Shown: positions 36,429-50,219 of the stretch, in pieces
How the letters are laid out: each line of letters starts with the position of its first letter
Numbering within the stretch: position 1 is the first letter of the stretch
Assembly (NCBI GenBank): GCA_030248215.1
Contig: JASANG010001402.1
Coordinates: 558,001 to 618,509, forward strand
DNA: 60,509 nucleotides
Source: Enoplolaimus lenunculus
Lineage: Eukaryota
Reading direction: 5' to 3'
Notes under the pieces: generated by a model
What the model was told of the DNA's origin: nothing
The model's input: only the letters and a program-made list of their open reading frames with translations
The model's database searches: none
Position numbers and translations under genes: made by a program

Positions 36429-39283
36429 CCGGGGTAAACTCTCAGAAAGCCCAAATTTTCAAATGTACGCTTTTTAACTGTCGTAGCCTTTGTAACAAAT
36501 TTGATGAGTTCAAGCTTATTCTTGCGACCGCAATATTTGATGTCATTTTTATTACAGAAACCTGGTTAACTGAGTCCATACCAAATTCCGCGCTCAATAG
36601 CTTTGATAAATATAATATCTATCGTTGTGACAGGAAAAGCGGCGTAGGCGGTGGTGTTGCTATGTTAGTTAAGGCATCGCTTATCTCAGTTTCTGTTGAA
36701 ATTCCTGCGGATTACTCTCAGCTTGAACTGTTGTGTGTAGATGTTTTCAGGCCTAGACCCATTCGGATGTTTGTATACTATCGCCCTCCGCATAGTAATT
36801 TTGAAGAATTGTCCCTGTTTAAAGGCTGCATCGACAAGCTTTGTTCCCACGAAGCATCGGTAATTATTACTGGAGATTTTAACATGCCTGATTTTGACTG
36901 GGGTAACTTTCGTTTCCCGAATTCTGAGCTATATAACTGTTTTTACGAAATAGTCAGAATACATTCTTTGCTCCAGCTTGTACGATCCCCGACTAGACAG
37001 GACAAAATTCTAGACCTTGTTTTGACAAATCAGGCACAAATAATATCCTCAGTTAGCGTAGATGTTCCGTTTTCCACTAGCGACCATAGTTCAGTAAACT
37101 TTGATTTAACGTATGTGAGCAAGCTGCGCGTTGAGTCGAAAACAAACGTGTTGTATAGTAAAGCAGATCGTATTGCAATCTCCAGGTCGCTTTTAGCGCT
37201 GAACCTTACCAATCTCGCTAAGAACGGACAATCAGTTAACGTCATTTGGAGTTATTTTAAAAAATTTATTGGTGATTTAATAGCTAGATTCATACCGGTT
37301 ATCACTTTTAAAGGGAATTGCGGTAGAAGTTATCCTGCACATATACAGCGTGATTTAAATCGAAAAAAAGTTCTTTGGCGTCTGACTCGGGTTGGTGGAT
37401 CACTACTCGCTTACAAAGGGCAAGCGGCTAAGTGTGCTAAGCTTACAAAAAATTATCTCCATCGCTGTGAGCGAAACGCGCTAAAAAGTAAACGACCTGG
37501 AGCTTTATATAGGTTCATTAATTCTAGGTTGAAAAGCAGATGTGATATTGCACCTATACACGATCAAGGCACAATTGTGTTTGATAACGGCCTTAAATGC
37601 TCTCTGTTTAATGAATATTTCTGCTCTGTCTTTACTTGTGACGATAATTATGTACCTGGTGTTCCCCTTAGGGTGAACAACTACCTCGAGTATGTAGATT
37701 TTTCTCCTGGAATCATTGAATTTTACTTACGAAAATTAACTGCAAAGACCAGCCACACCCCGGATGGTATCAATTGCTATATGTTGAAACACTATGCCAC
37801 TGAGTTCGCTTGTCATCTCGCCCTTATTTTTCAGTTATCATTTGATTCTGGTACCTTGCCGGCTGACTGGTTGCTAGCCGACGTGGTCCCAGTATATAAA
37901 AAAGGTTCTTGTAGCCTAGTTTCCAATTATCGTCCCATTTCCTTGACCAGTGCATGCTGTAAGGTTATGGAAAGCATTGTTAAAGATAAAATGCTAGAGT
38001 TTTTGAACAATAACAATCTGCTTTCAAAAAAGCAGTATGGTTTTCTGCCTAAAAGATCCACCTGTAGTCAGTTGATCCAGACAACCCACAGTCTAGCACT
38101 TTTTCTAAACAATAGTAGCTACATGGGGGCGGATGTTATATATATAGACTTTGCCAAAGCATTTGACACTGTGAATCATAGAAAGCTTTTGATAAAACTT
38201 TCCTCATATGGGCTTAGAGGTTCACTCTTGCGTTGGATAAACGCGTTTCTTCAAAATCGTACGCAGCGGGTTAAAATCGGTGACTGCTATTCTACACGCG
38301 AGCCGGTTACTTCTGGGGTCCCGCAAGGTTCTGTATTGGGTCCTATGTTATTTTTAATTTATATCAATGATATTCTTGATCTTTTACATGATGTACATGT
38401 TGAGATGTACGCAGACGATTTGAAACTATATGTAGGAATTACTAGGTCTGACCCGCTGAAATCTCGGAGCACGCTACAAAATGCGTTGGATATCGTTCAT
38501 GATTATGCTAATACGTGGCAATTAAAAATTGCCGTGAATAAATGCAAAGTTGTGCATTTTGGCTGCGCTAACGAACCTTTGAATGTTCGCTACTGTATTG
38601 GCAGCGAGGTCCTTGCCAGCGCAAATGAGGTAAATGATCTTGGAGTTATTTTCGAGCGTTCATTGAAATTTTCTAGGCACTGTGATTATATAGCTCATAA
38701 AGCAAACAAGACAATAAACATACTTTTTAGATGCTTCCCGTCTTTCTCACTATCCCAGTATATATCTGCGTATAAGTCATTTGTTATTCCAATATTGGAT
38801 TATTGTTCAAATGTATGGAACCCTGTTTTGCTGTGTGATATTGACAAAATTGAGAAAGTACAGCGCTATTTTACTAGAAGACTCTATTTCAAATTTAAGT
38901 TAGGAGACAAAACTTACCGTTCTAGGCTAGGGGAACTTGAGCTTGAATCGTTAGAATATCGCCGACTAAAGTCCGATTTAGCCATGTTGTATAAGCTTAT
39001 TTTTAAGGAACTTGATCTGCATATAGATAGCTGTTTGCAGTTTTCTGGAACTTCTCGCACCAGGAAAAACGACCTTAGCTTGAATTTTCCGAATTTCTTT
39101 AATTTAGCTGGTCGTGGTTCGTTCTTCTATCGGGTTGTATCCTCCTGGAATAGCCTACCTAACAATATAAATGGGCTACCGGTTCCCCGAGCAGGTTCTC
39201 TTGCCCAGTTTCTTCGACGACTCCCTCGCGACGCACTTAAAAAATTTCTGAAGTATGACCGCCATGAACAGTTAACCTTATAG
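36410..39283 (+). CDS. LINE ORF2: apurinic-like endonuclease plus reverse transcriptase
   Basis: Frame is open from 36410. APE motifs NCRS, ITETW, YRPP, GDFN, LDL, SDH; RT motifs YRPISL, QYGF, DFAKAFD, GVPQGSVLGP, YADD; CR1-type C-terminus IEKVQR..LESLEYRR. The first in-frame ATG (36662) lies inside the endonuclease domain. Confidence 0.92.
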   Translation, partial: WLGKQLTGVNSQKAQIFKCTLFNCRSLCNKFDEFKLILATAIFDVIFITETWLTESIPNSALNSFDKYNIYRCDRKSGVGGGVAMLVKASLISVSVEIPADYSQLELLCVDVFRPRPIRMFVYYRPPHSNFEELSLFKGCIDKLCSHEASVIITGDFNMPDFDWGNFRFPNSELYNCFYEIVRIHSLLQLVRSPTRQDKILDLVLTNQAQIISSVSVDVPFSTSDHSSVNFDLTYVSKLRVESKTNVLYSKADRIAISRSLLALNLTNLAKNGQSVNVIWSYFKKFIGDLIARFIPVITFKGNCGRSYPAHIQRDLNRKKVLWRLTRVGGSLLAYKGQAAKCAKLTKNYLHRCERNALKSKRPGALYRFINSRLKSRCDIAPIHDQGTIVFDNGLKCSLFNEYFCSVFTCDDNYVPGVPLRVNNYLEYVDFSPGIIEFYLRKLTAKTSHTPDGINCYMLKHYATEFACHLALIFQLSFDSGTLPADWLLADVVPVYKKGSCSLVSNYRPISLTSACCKVMESIVKDKMLEFLNNNNLLSKKQYGFLPKRSTCSQLIQTTHSLALFLNNSSYMGADVIYIDFAKAFDTVNHRKLLIKLSSYGLRGSLLRWINAFLQNRTQRVKIGDCYSTREPVTSGVPQGSVLGPMLFLIYINDILDLLHDVHVEMYADDLKLYVGITRSDPLKSRSTLQNALDIVHDYANTWQLKIAVNKCKVVHFGCANEPLNVRYCIGSEVLASANEVNDLGVIFERSLKFSRHCDYIAHKANKTINILFRCFPSFSLSQYISAYKSFVIPILDYCSNVWNPVLLCDIDKIEKVQRYFTRRLYFKFKLGDKTYRSRLGELELESLEYRRLKSDLAMLYKLIFKELDLHIDSCLQFSGTSRTRKNDLSLNFPNFFNLAGRGSFFYRVVSSWNSLPNNINGLPVPRAGSLAQFLRRLPRDALKKFLKYDRHEQLTL

Positions 39284-39418
39284 ATCGATTTCGGTTGGAT
39301 GTTAGAGAGGTTTGCCCCTCCTTTCCAACTTATTTTATTTGCCTATTCATATTCGTATCTTAAATACGCATGTATGTTTAATCGGTGAATAAACTTTTGA
39401 CTTTGACTTTGACTTTGA

Positions 39419-39570
39419 TAGTCGACAAAGATGCAGTTGGACAAGTGGGCTGCGTGGCGCAGTGGTACAGTACGGATCCGTAGGCAGAGAGTCTGATCCC
39501 CGCTTGGGGGCCCGTTTTTCTAACTGCTTAGTTAATAGGACTAAAGTCTCAGTTCCTACCTACACTTACA
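39419..39570 (+). mobile_element. tRNA-derived SINE-like element, copy 3 (abuts LINE 3' tail)
   Basis: TAGTCGAC..GCAGTTGGACAAGTGGGCTGCGTGGCGCAGTGG..GAGTCTGATCCCC..GGCCCG..CTAACTGCTTAGTTAATAGG; homologous to copies 1 and 2 in the opposite orientation. Confidence 0.7.
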
Positions 39571-39853
39571 TCATTATGTGAAGAGTTAAACCCTAACCAT
39601 TATAAACGATTATAATTTTATGAGAACAGTTCAGTTCAATTAATTTTTTCAAACACAATCGCAATTGAGATTGCAGTTTCTCTAACCAGAGACACTGATA
39701 TTGGCCAGAAATAAAATTGAAAGCATTCCAAATGACTGTTAACAAGAAAAACATGCGTTGTGCAAAGTGTATGCTCATAACACTTTATTTACGCGTATCT
39801 ATACTAATAGTGCTACTGTTCATTTGCTGTAATTCGTACCTAGTTGTTGCACA

Positions 39854-42811
<2,958 letters not shown>

Positions 42812-44949
42812 GTTATGAAATGAGACCCATTGCTTCGTGATGGTTTGTTTACATTACCATTGTATGTATATGCATCTACATCCCAGTTGTGTTTATTTCG
42901 TGCTAACTAAATCATATACTCAAACAGCCACAGTATATAAATCGTTCTGGATAGTTAAGCTTATAAATTGTGACTTTTAAAGCATTTTTGCGGGTGCATT
43001 GGCTTTTAGATTGCAGACAGGGTGTAAACATGAGTGTAGTCAGGATTTGGGAAAGAGGGGTTACGTTCTATAAAAATTTTGTAGAGGGTTTCTTGTATTG
43101 CAAACTGTTCGCGTGTCTTTTAACCCCTATATTATAACTCCGAAAGATGTTTTGACCCTTGAAACACTTCTGCCTCGGTTACGCCTTACCGCATACCATT
43201 GACCAATCAAAAGGCAAGTGCAAGAAATTTAAGCGTCTTGCAAATGCGTTCACACGTGTAAACTCAATTTAATGGCATAAATTCTAGTGAATTATTTACA
43301 ACCAAACTTGCATAGTCAACTTGCACGTGTAAGTTTTTGCTGCAAAAACTTGCACGTGTGAATAGGGCTTAATAGTTGAATTTCGCAAATTTTTTGTGGC
43401 ACTCAACTCTACTGACGAATGTAATTATTAAGTAATTGTTATTGAATTTTGAATAGAGATGGGACAGTATAATATTTGAACATCGTGAATTTTATTCAAA
43501 ATTTCAACTTAATATAGTTAATAAAAAGTTTCTGAGCTTCGTGTTTGTGTAGCTTTAGAATTTTGTGTTGTGCTTACTCACTTGTTCGATATATTGTCTT
43601 ATAAGCCGATACCTTCAGCAGGGTGTTGTTTATGATCGCCAGTTGGTAGTAGGCTTTCTAACATTTCATCAGTCTATGATGCTAACTTCATGCGTTTAGG
43701 ATTGACGCTTGCTGTCGTATGGAGTATAAGCTTGTTTGAAAATCTATTACTAAATGGCGATAGCAGTTATCCAAATTTGAAAATACACTTTGTAATTTGC
43801 ATATTTTCTGGCATAATAACATGTTTATATTTTTGGTTAAATCTTATATAATGTTGTGCTATATATATGTTCTAGACGTCTTTGAATGTTGTAGATGTAC
43901 CAATCGTTGCGGAAGTCTAAGCTTTGAAATTGTCAGACTTTGGCGTAACCTAGGCTTAGTATTAGGCCCGTGTTCTCAAATGTGTGTAGCACATATTACC
44001 AACTGTTGATAGGTCTTGTAACTTTTGAACCAGTGAATACGGAGACTCAAAATTAGGCACATTTTTTTGCATTTGCCGGTGGCGATTAATCGGCGCATCC
44101 CTACTGTATAGCTCAAATCGCAATTTTGAGTTTACGAGTTGCATTGTCAAAATCACAAAGCATTGGCGACGTTTAAGCCAAGTTTTAAGCAGCTACAGGT
44201 CGTTTGTTTGAAAGGCGATAGTCGACTTTGATGTGCCAGCGTTTAATTGAAACTGAGCGATTGGAAGCTACGCGTTTTTGACGAGTTTATCGTCGTGTGA
44301 CACTGTGTTGCATTGTACGCCGCGAATTGCCGCACGAAGCCGTACGCCAAGATGAGCGCAACCCTGAAGCAGACCGACCGTCTGTAGGTGAACGGTTTGT
44401 GTTGTTTAAATGTTATAACTAATTTTAGTATGTGAATAATTTGAGTCGGTTTTTTTCTGTTTCGTGCCATAAAAATGTACGCATATTGTGATATTATACG
44501 CGTTTGGTTATTATTATTATTTTTGACAACAAAGTTTAAAAAATAACGTAGGTTGACTTAAAATGTTTACGAAACAGATAATTAATTGATTTGCCGTTTT
44601 TTGTTAAATTTGCTATACTTTTCAATCTCAGGGTATACAAAGACAATTTGATACAGGATGTAAATTTAAAATAAACTCGCGATGTGGAACGCAATTTTTT
44701 TATGTTCGTGTCACAGGATTGGTCTGTTTGTCATGTTTTGTGGAAATTTTGTACTGCATATAAGTGATGTTAAACATTGTACATTGTGTATTGCATGTAA
44801 TGGCTGGAAGTGAAGCTTTGTGAGACGAAATAGGAATGGCCAGAATTGGCCGATCCATGACGCATGCCGATGCATATGACGCAAAAATGAAACTAAAATG
44901 GGAAGATAAATCGCTGTCAGTATTGAAAATTTAACCGCATAAAGCAAGC

Positions 44950-45123
44950 TGGCCCATGTTACTTTAAAGAGCGTCCAGGTTTCTGGTGAGTCTATAAAAC
45001 AGTAGGTTTAGATTCTAGATTATATTTTTTGTTTAGGCTTAGGTACACATTTTTGTAACGCTTAGGCTTAGGCTTAGAAATACGCCTAATCTACTGTTAC
45101 AGCCCGGAAAGTAACATTGGCCC
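44950..45123. mobile_element. TTAGGC-bearing MITE copy
   Basis: GGCCCATGTTACTTT...CTTAGGCTTAGGCTTAG...AAAGTAACATTGGCCC; flanking duplication gcaagc(t). Confidence 0.8.
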
Positions 45124-45608
45124 GCAAGCTGATAATTGTTTTGCAGCAGACTGCATACATATTTAATATTTTTATCGTTCGTCGTATTTTTCATTTTCAC
45201 CGTTTGCTAAATTTAGTTTAAAATGCGCTGAATGAGTTAAAAAAGTCTTGAAAAGATCATTGATTAATTCTATAAAAATGTGGTAATTTACATAATCACA
45301 GAAATCCTGTTAATTTTGCTCTGCGTAACTGCTATTTTTGTGGGGAACGTGCGGGTTAAGGTATTTTTGGCTGCGCCAAGGGGCGGCTGCAAAAAACTCG
45401 TTGGTTGAGGGGAGGCAACATGCCGCATATTTCCATTTCTTATTACTTATATACTTACACCATTTGTAATATTTTATAGTATATCCTGTATGGCACAGTG
45501 GTGACTTTCAAAGGGTTCAAAACCTATTCTGCATTCTATGCCACAGTGTAAACAAGATTGCATTGAATTTTACTGGACACGGATAACCAATCAATAGTAT
45601 CCTGCCCT

Positions 45609-45937
45609 CGGCCCATAGAAAGACCAGGGGCAGAACGTTTTTCGGTTGGACTAGTATAGAGTACGCTTAAGCTTCAGACTAATTTTTTGCTTAGCTTAAG
45701 CTTAGGCTTACGAAAAAAGTCATTCTTAAGCTTCGGCTTAGGCTTTGGAATATGCTTATAATACTGTTCCGCCCCTGTTCTTTTGGCACTGCCCTCGGCC
45801 CATGTTACTTTTAGGGCCGTCCCGGTTTAGAGTCTCAAAGAGCAGGATTACGTTCTAGACATTTTTTGCTTAGGCTTAGGCTTTAGCTTAGGAATACTCT
45901 TAATCTACTGTTACGGCCCTAAAAGTAACATTGGCCG
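45609..45937. mobile_element. Two adjacent TTAGGC-bearing MITE copies (45609-45789, 45796-45937)
   Basis: Both start CGGCCCAT; separated and flanked by tgccct / tgccct / tgcgct. Confidence 0.75.
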
Positions 45938-46853
45938 TGCGCTCTATCAATCCCTAAGTTGCTAGGCTTGCTAAAGCCGTATGTTTTATGCTAGTAAAGT
46001 AAATGTTCAGCTATGTTCAGGAAGCTAACCATCATCGAAATAAAGGGCGGCAAGTTTTATTGAAAATTTATGGAATATATATACTTAGCCAATGTTATAT
46101 ACATATTTAGCAAACAGAAAGCCTGAGCGTTGAGATGCCCCTAAAGTTAAACCTGGGCTGAATATTTGACAAGATTTCGCCATATGTACTAAAATAAACA
46201 TTTTTATAGTAAACTTTATTAATACAATTGATATGGGCGAATCTGACTTTTTATCCAATTTAATATCTAAAACATCGCCGCAAAGTATCGAAATTACAAT
46301 TTATTTTATAAACGAAACTTATATTAAAATGAAATTAAGTTAATCGTGGTTTGTAATTTGCGTTGACAATAAATTGTGTAAACGTGATGAAGACATCTTT
46401 ATTTTACTAATCAAAACGCATTAAACAGTACTGGTGTGGATAGGAATGAGAATAATTCGTGGACCGCGATCCACAACAAGGTTAATGTTACGTTAAGGGG
46501 TGTAACAGCAGGTTAAGTGTATTCCTAAGCCTAAGCGTTGCATAAAGTAACATGGGCCCACAAACAGATCGAGCCGAACCGCAGCCAGATTAATTACATG
46601 ACAATTTTACACAACCGAACTGTAGTCACAAATTTAACTTCTTCCATCACACTTAGCTTCTATTTTGGTACCGATGTGCTTGAAAATTCAGTGATGGGTA
46701 AATCCTGAGCTTTACTGACGCAATCGACGTTATCATCAATATTAACTGACATTTCTCATATTCTACGGATAACTGCTATAAAAACATTTACCTGATATTT
46801 ACAGTTTTAGTGACCAGCGAAATGAAAGATCTCTATTTTCAAGTGATATTTTT

Positions 46854-49800
46854 TTAAACAGTTTTGAACACAATACAACTCGAAATAACAAACGTTTCAA
46901 TAATTGCTGGCAGTGCACTTGTAAAAGCAAAGATCAACCAGTACAATGAGCAGTCCCATAAGTCCCAAATAAAGAATGCGAGTGCAACGCACGCAGCCGA
47001 ATGAAGGCAGGTTGCTGAAAAACAAAACCTTTATTTTTGATTAAATGGTCGAGTCGTAAACCAAACCATAGATCTTATCTCTGACCGTATTTGCATTCTC
47101 AAATGCATGTACTTAATACCTAAAGGGTGCAATCGGAGGTTTGCCTCCGACTCCGGTAGAAATTTTGCCGGCGGTTCCGACAATTTCGGTAGTGAAATTT
47201 TGGCGGCGGTTCCGGCAATTTCGGCGGCGGTTCCGGCAATTTCGGTAGTGAAATTTTGGCGGCGGTTCCGGCAATTTCGGTAGTGAAATTTTGCATAATT
47301 TTGCAAAATTTATCTGTTTAGCGCGTTTTGTTTTAATTTTATCACAATTTTCATGAAAAAATTTCCGAAATTTTGCAGAACATTTAGCGTAAAAAAGCAA
47401 ACAACTTAACAGCATACATACTGCAGGTATTCGCTAAAAGTACTAATTCATCATTTTTACTACGTAATTTTGCCTTACCTCCGGCTCCGGTATATTTTTC
47501 ACCTTTTGCACCCTGACAGTAACTATTTAAACAATACCGCTTGTTTGACAATTTGGACAACATAAAGCACGTTCCGCTGTTCAAAATTTCAAGACTTAAT
47601 ACCAAGGTGCAACCGGAGGTGAAAAATACCGGAGCCGGAGGTCAACGAAACTAGCCGGAGCCGATGGTGAGGCGAAATTAGGTAGTAAAAATGATGGTTA
47701 AGTTAATTTTTAGGTAGTAAAAATGATGGTTAAGTTAATTTTAATCAATATCTGCGATATGTTGTTAAGTTGTTTGGTTTTACGCTATAATTTTCTGCGA
47801 AATTTCGGAAATTCTTTCCTGAAAATTGTAACAAAAGTAAAACAAAACGCGATAAATAGATAAATTTTCCAAAATTATGCAAAATTTTACTACCAAAATT
47901 GCCGGAACCTACAGCAAAAATTCTGCCACAGCCGGAGGCCGATTATCTGCCGGAGCCGGATGTAGACCTCCGGTTGTGCCCTGCTTAATACCAGTTGAGC
48001 CCGTGATTTGTTTTATATTCTAGAATCACTCACTAATGCGGGGGGCTTTAGGTGTTGGGCGGCAGCCACCCATCTGGTTTGGTGTCTCTTGAATTTGAGG
48101 GGTTAGGAAGGTGGCAGTCGTACCATGAATAGAAAATTAGAAGTGCTCCTAATACTAAAATTATACATCGTTGGTCAAAAAGCCTATATTCTTGGAAAAC
48201 CAGACGCTCTTAAAATATATACTTACAAAGCAGTCCAAACGCTAGCCGAAAAGTTGAAAATCCACCAAAAAATCCAATGTATTCAATAAGGCAAAAACAC
48301 AACGTCAACGCTAACGCCACAATGAATCTATAATCGTAAAAACAATATATATTGCAGTTAAACAACGTTTCATATTAACGTAAAAGGGTATAAGGACTAA
48401 AGACCTAAGCCTAAACTTAGACATGTACCTACCAAAACCTAAGCGTACACTGCAAAAAATGGTGAGTCAAATTGACTCCGAAATAGGCTTTTCGCGACTA
48501 CACAAACTGAGTCAAATTCGACTCCGCCGGAGTCAAATTGGACTCACTGAACGATTCGGATGTGTCGAATTTGAGCTGGTGGAGTAGAATTTGACTACAG
48601 TTTGTGTAGTCCGGAAGAAGCCTATTTCAGAGGCAGTCAATTTGACTCGCTATTTTTCGCAGTGTATAGGCATAAACATATAAAACTTAATCGTCTAAGC
48701 CATAGAAGCTTACTGACTGATTTATTTTTAACCCACGCTCCACCGCCCTGTGTTGCTAATTTTGAAACGTCGTCGGGTTTATATTTGAAATTTTTGCGGA
48801 AAATTGTATACACTTTAATACAAATACTCTCCCCACCGTAAAAAAAAATAAAAAAAAGAAAAGGGAAAGGGAAGCGCCCGCATGTAAAATTCCACATCGT
48901 GTACTCAAAATATTGTGGAGCATGCATTATCCGTTGAATTAAACGTTTATTTGTGTTGTTTCAAAAGCTTGAGCGATAATGCAAGGTATTTTCAAAACTT
49001 ACGCCATGCTTAAAAGTTTTAGCCAATGTAAAGAACAGGGGCGGAACAGTATTAAACTTTATAAAGTTATCTGGTATCCCAGCATGCTTACTTCCTATCA
49101 CATTTAGCCCACCTCCAGATTCGCCCTTGACGCAAAGTCCGTCTAACTTCAACTGTGAACGTGGGTAACCTTTACACCAACACTACAAAAAATGCTGAGA
49201 AAAATTGATCTTCTCCGAAATCGGCTTTTCGGGACTACACAAATTGAGTAAAAATTTCACTCCGCCAGAGTCACAAATTCGATTCACTAGAGTCACATGT
49301 TTGACTCTGTCGGAGTCGAGTTTGTCTCAATTTGTGTAGTCCCGAAAAGCCTATTTCGGAGCGAGTCAATTTGAATCGTTTCGTTAAATTTGTTTCGTTT
49401 TTAAAACCAAACAGTATGCCACAGAAATTTGTGAAAAATCACTTGTTTGACGAGCGACATTTAAAAAAAATTAGCACAAAAATGAAGGGATTTATATAGT
49501 CATGATTAAACACAGTGCGTAAAATTGAAACGGGCATGAATATTTGGAGGAATCGGACACAGATACTGGGTTGCACCCAAGACTATACAAAAATACGTAA
49601 ACAATTTACTCTACATCCTTGTCTTCGTAATCTTCATCGGTGTATTTCAGAGGCAATCCTGCTATCACGTTTTGATCCTGAAAAATTGGCTGATAAATTT
49701 TGTGCAAGTTCATTATCCCATACATTGCGGTCTTTTTCTGACTGTTTGTAATTTGCGTTATGAGACATAGAGACTAAAGTGCCATAGCAGCATAATTATT

Positions 49801-50124
49801 AATTCTTAACAATTAATTCATTAAATATATATCCGCGTTTTCCAAAAATTTCATACACTAAGTTCTGCTTTTAAATATGATCTTTTACAACGCATAAATA
49901 TAACTACTATGCCTCTTTAGCACATGTACTTTTCCTAAAATGTTGTGCTTCACCAAAAGTTTTCACAAGTTTGCCTTTGCTATCTATGTTAACCAAATCT
50001 AGAACAGTTGTTATTGCCATAAAATATACCTTTAACTTACTCTGGACCACAATACTGTTATCGTGACAATTAAATGAGCTGTTAATGTCAAAAATCTAGC
50101 GGGAACAATGCCGGGAATTTGCAT
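46854..50124 (-). CDS. TMEM107: Transmembrane protein 107 (ciliary transition zone, MKS module), 137 aa
   Basis: Exons 50124-50041, 49677-49610, 48327-48227, 47014-46854 (414 nt, GT-AG): MQIPGIVPARFLTLTAHLIVTITVLWSR-DQNVIAGLPLKYTDEDYEDKDVE-FIVALALTLCFCLIEYIGFFGGFSTF...H...VALAFFIWDLWDCSLYWLIFAFTSALPAIIE. Matches remembered TMEM107 motifs (VPxRFLTL.AH, WxCxxYW.IF.FxSALPA). Confidence 0.9.
47123..47983. mobile_element. Inverted pair of hAT-like MITEs (47123-47515, 47603-47983)
   Basis: The two interiors are reverse complements of each other; the second copy has the 8-bp TSD CTTAATAC. Confidence 0.8.
48448..48664. mobile_element. Palindromic TA-flanked MITE (CACTGC..GCAGTG)
   Basis: Nearly fully palindromic with GAGTCAAATTGACTC units; second copy at about 49181-49380. 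Confidence 0.75.
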
Positions 50125-50191
50125 TACTGACGCTGGTTTGATATTTGTATAGCCGTATGTTTACCTGTCAGAAGACCAAAAACCAGCCCTT

Positions 50192-50219
50192 GTTAATATG
50201 GAAACGTTGCTATGGAGGA
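50192..50219. promoter_or_regulatory. Tandem X-box-like (RFX/DAF-19) motifs upstream of TMEM107
   Basis: GTTAATATGGAAAC (one mismatch to GTHNYY-AT-RRNAAC) directly followed by GTTGCTATGGAGGA, 68-95 bp upstream of the ATG. Confidence 0.6.

Larger units (their letters stand above)
35028..39418 (+). mobile_element. Apparently full-length non-LTR retrotransposon (LINE, CR1-like)
   Basis: Tandem 5' monomers, PHD-containing ORF1, APE-RT ORF2, short 3' UTR with a hairpin (about 39294-39330), AATAAA at 39388 and a (CTTTGA)n tail ending at 39418. Confidence 0.9.

Noticed and set aside
39570..39853. Iron-responsive element upstream of ferritin
   Set aside because: No CAGUGN loop on a suitable stem; CAGTG hits near 33797 and 34505 lack the pairing. 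A distant 5' exon cannot be excluded.
44240..44940. Possible small gene between ferritin and TMEM107
   Set aside because: A GC-richer patch, but all frames checked are interrupted and no motif was recognised.
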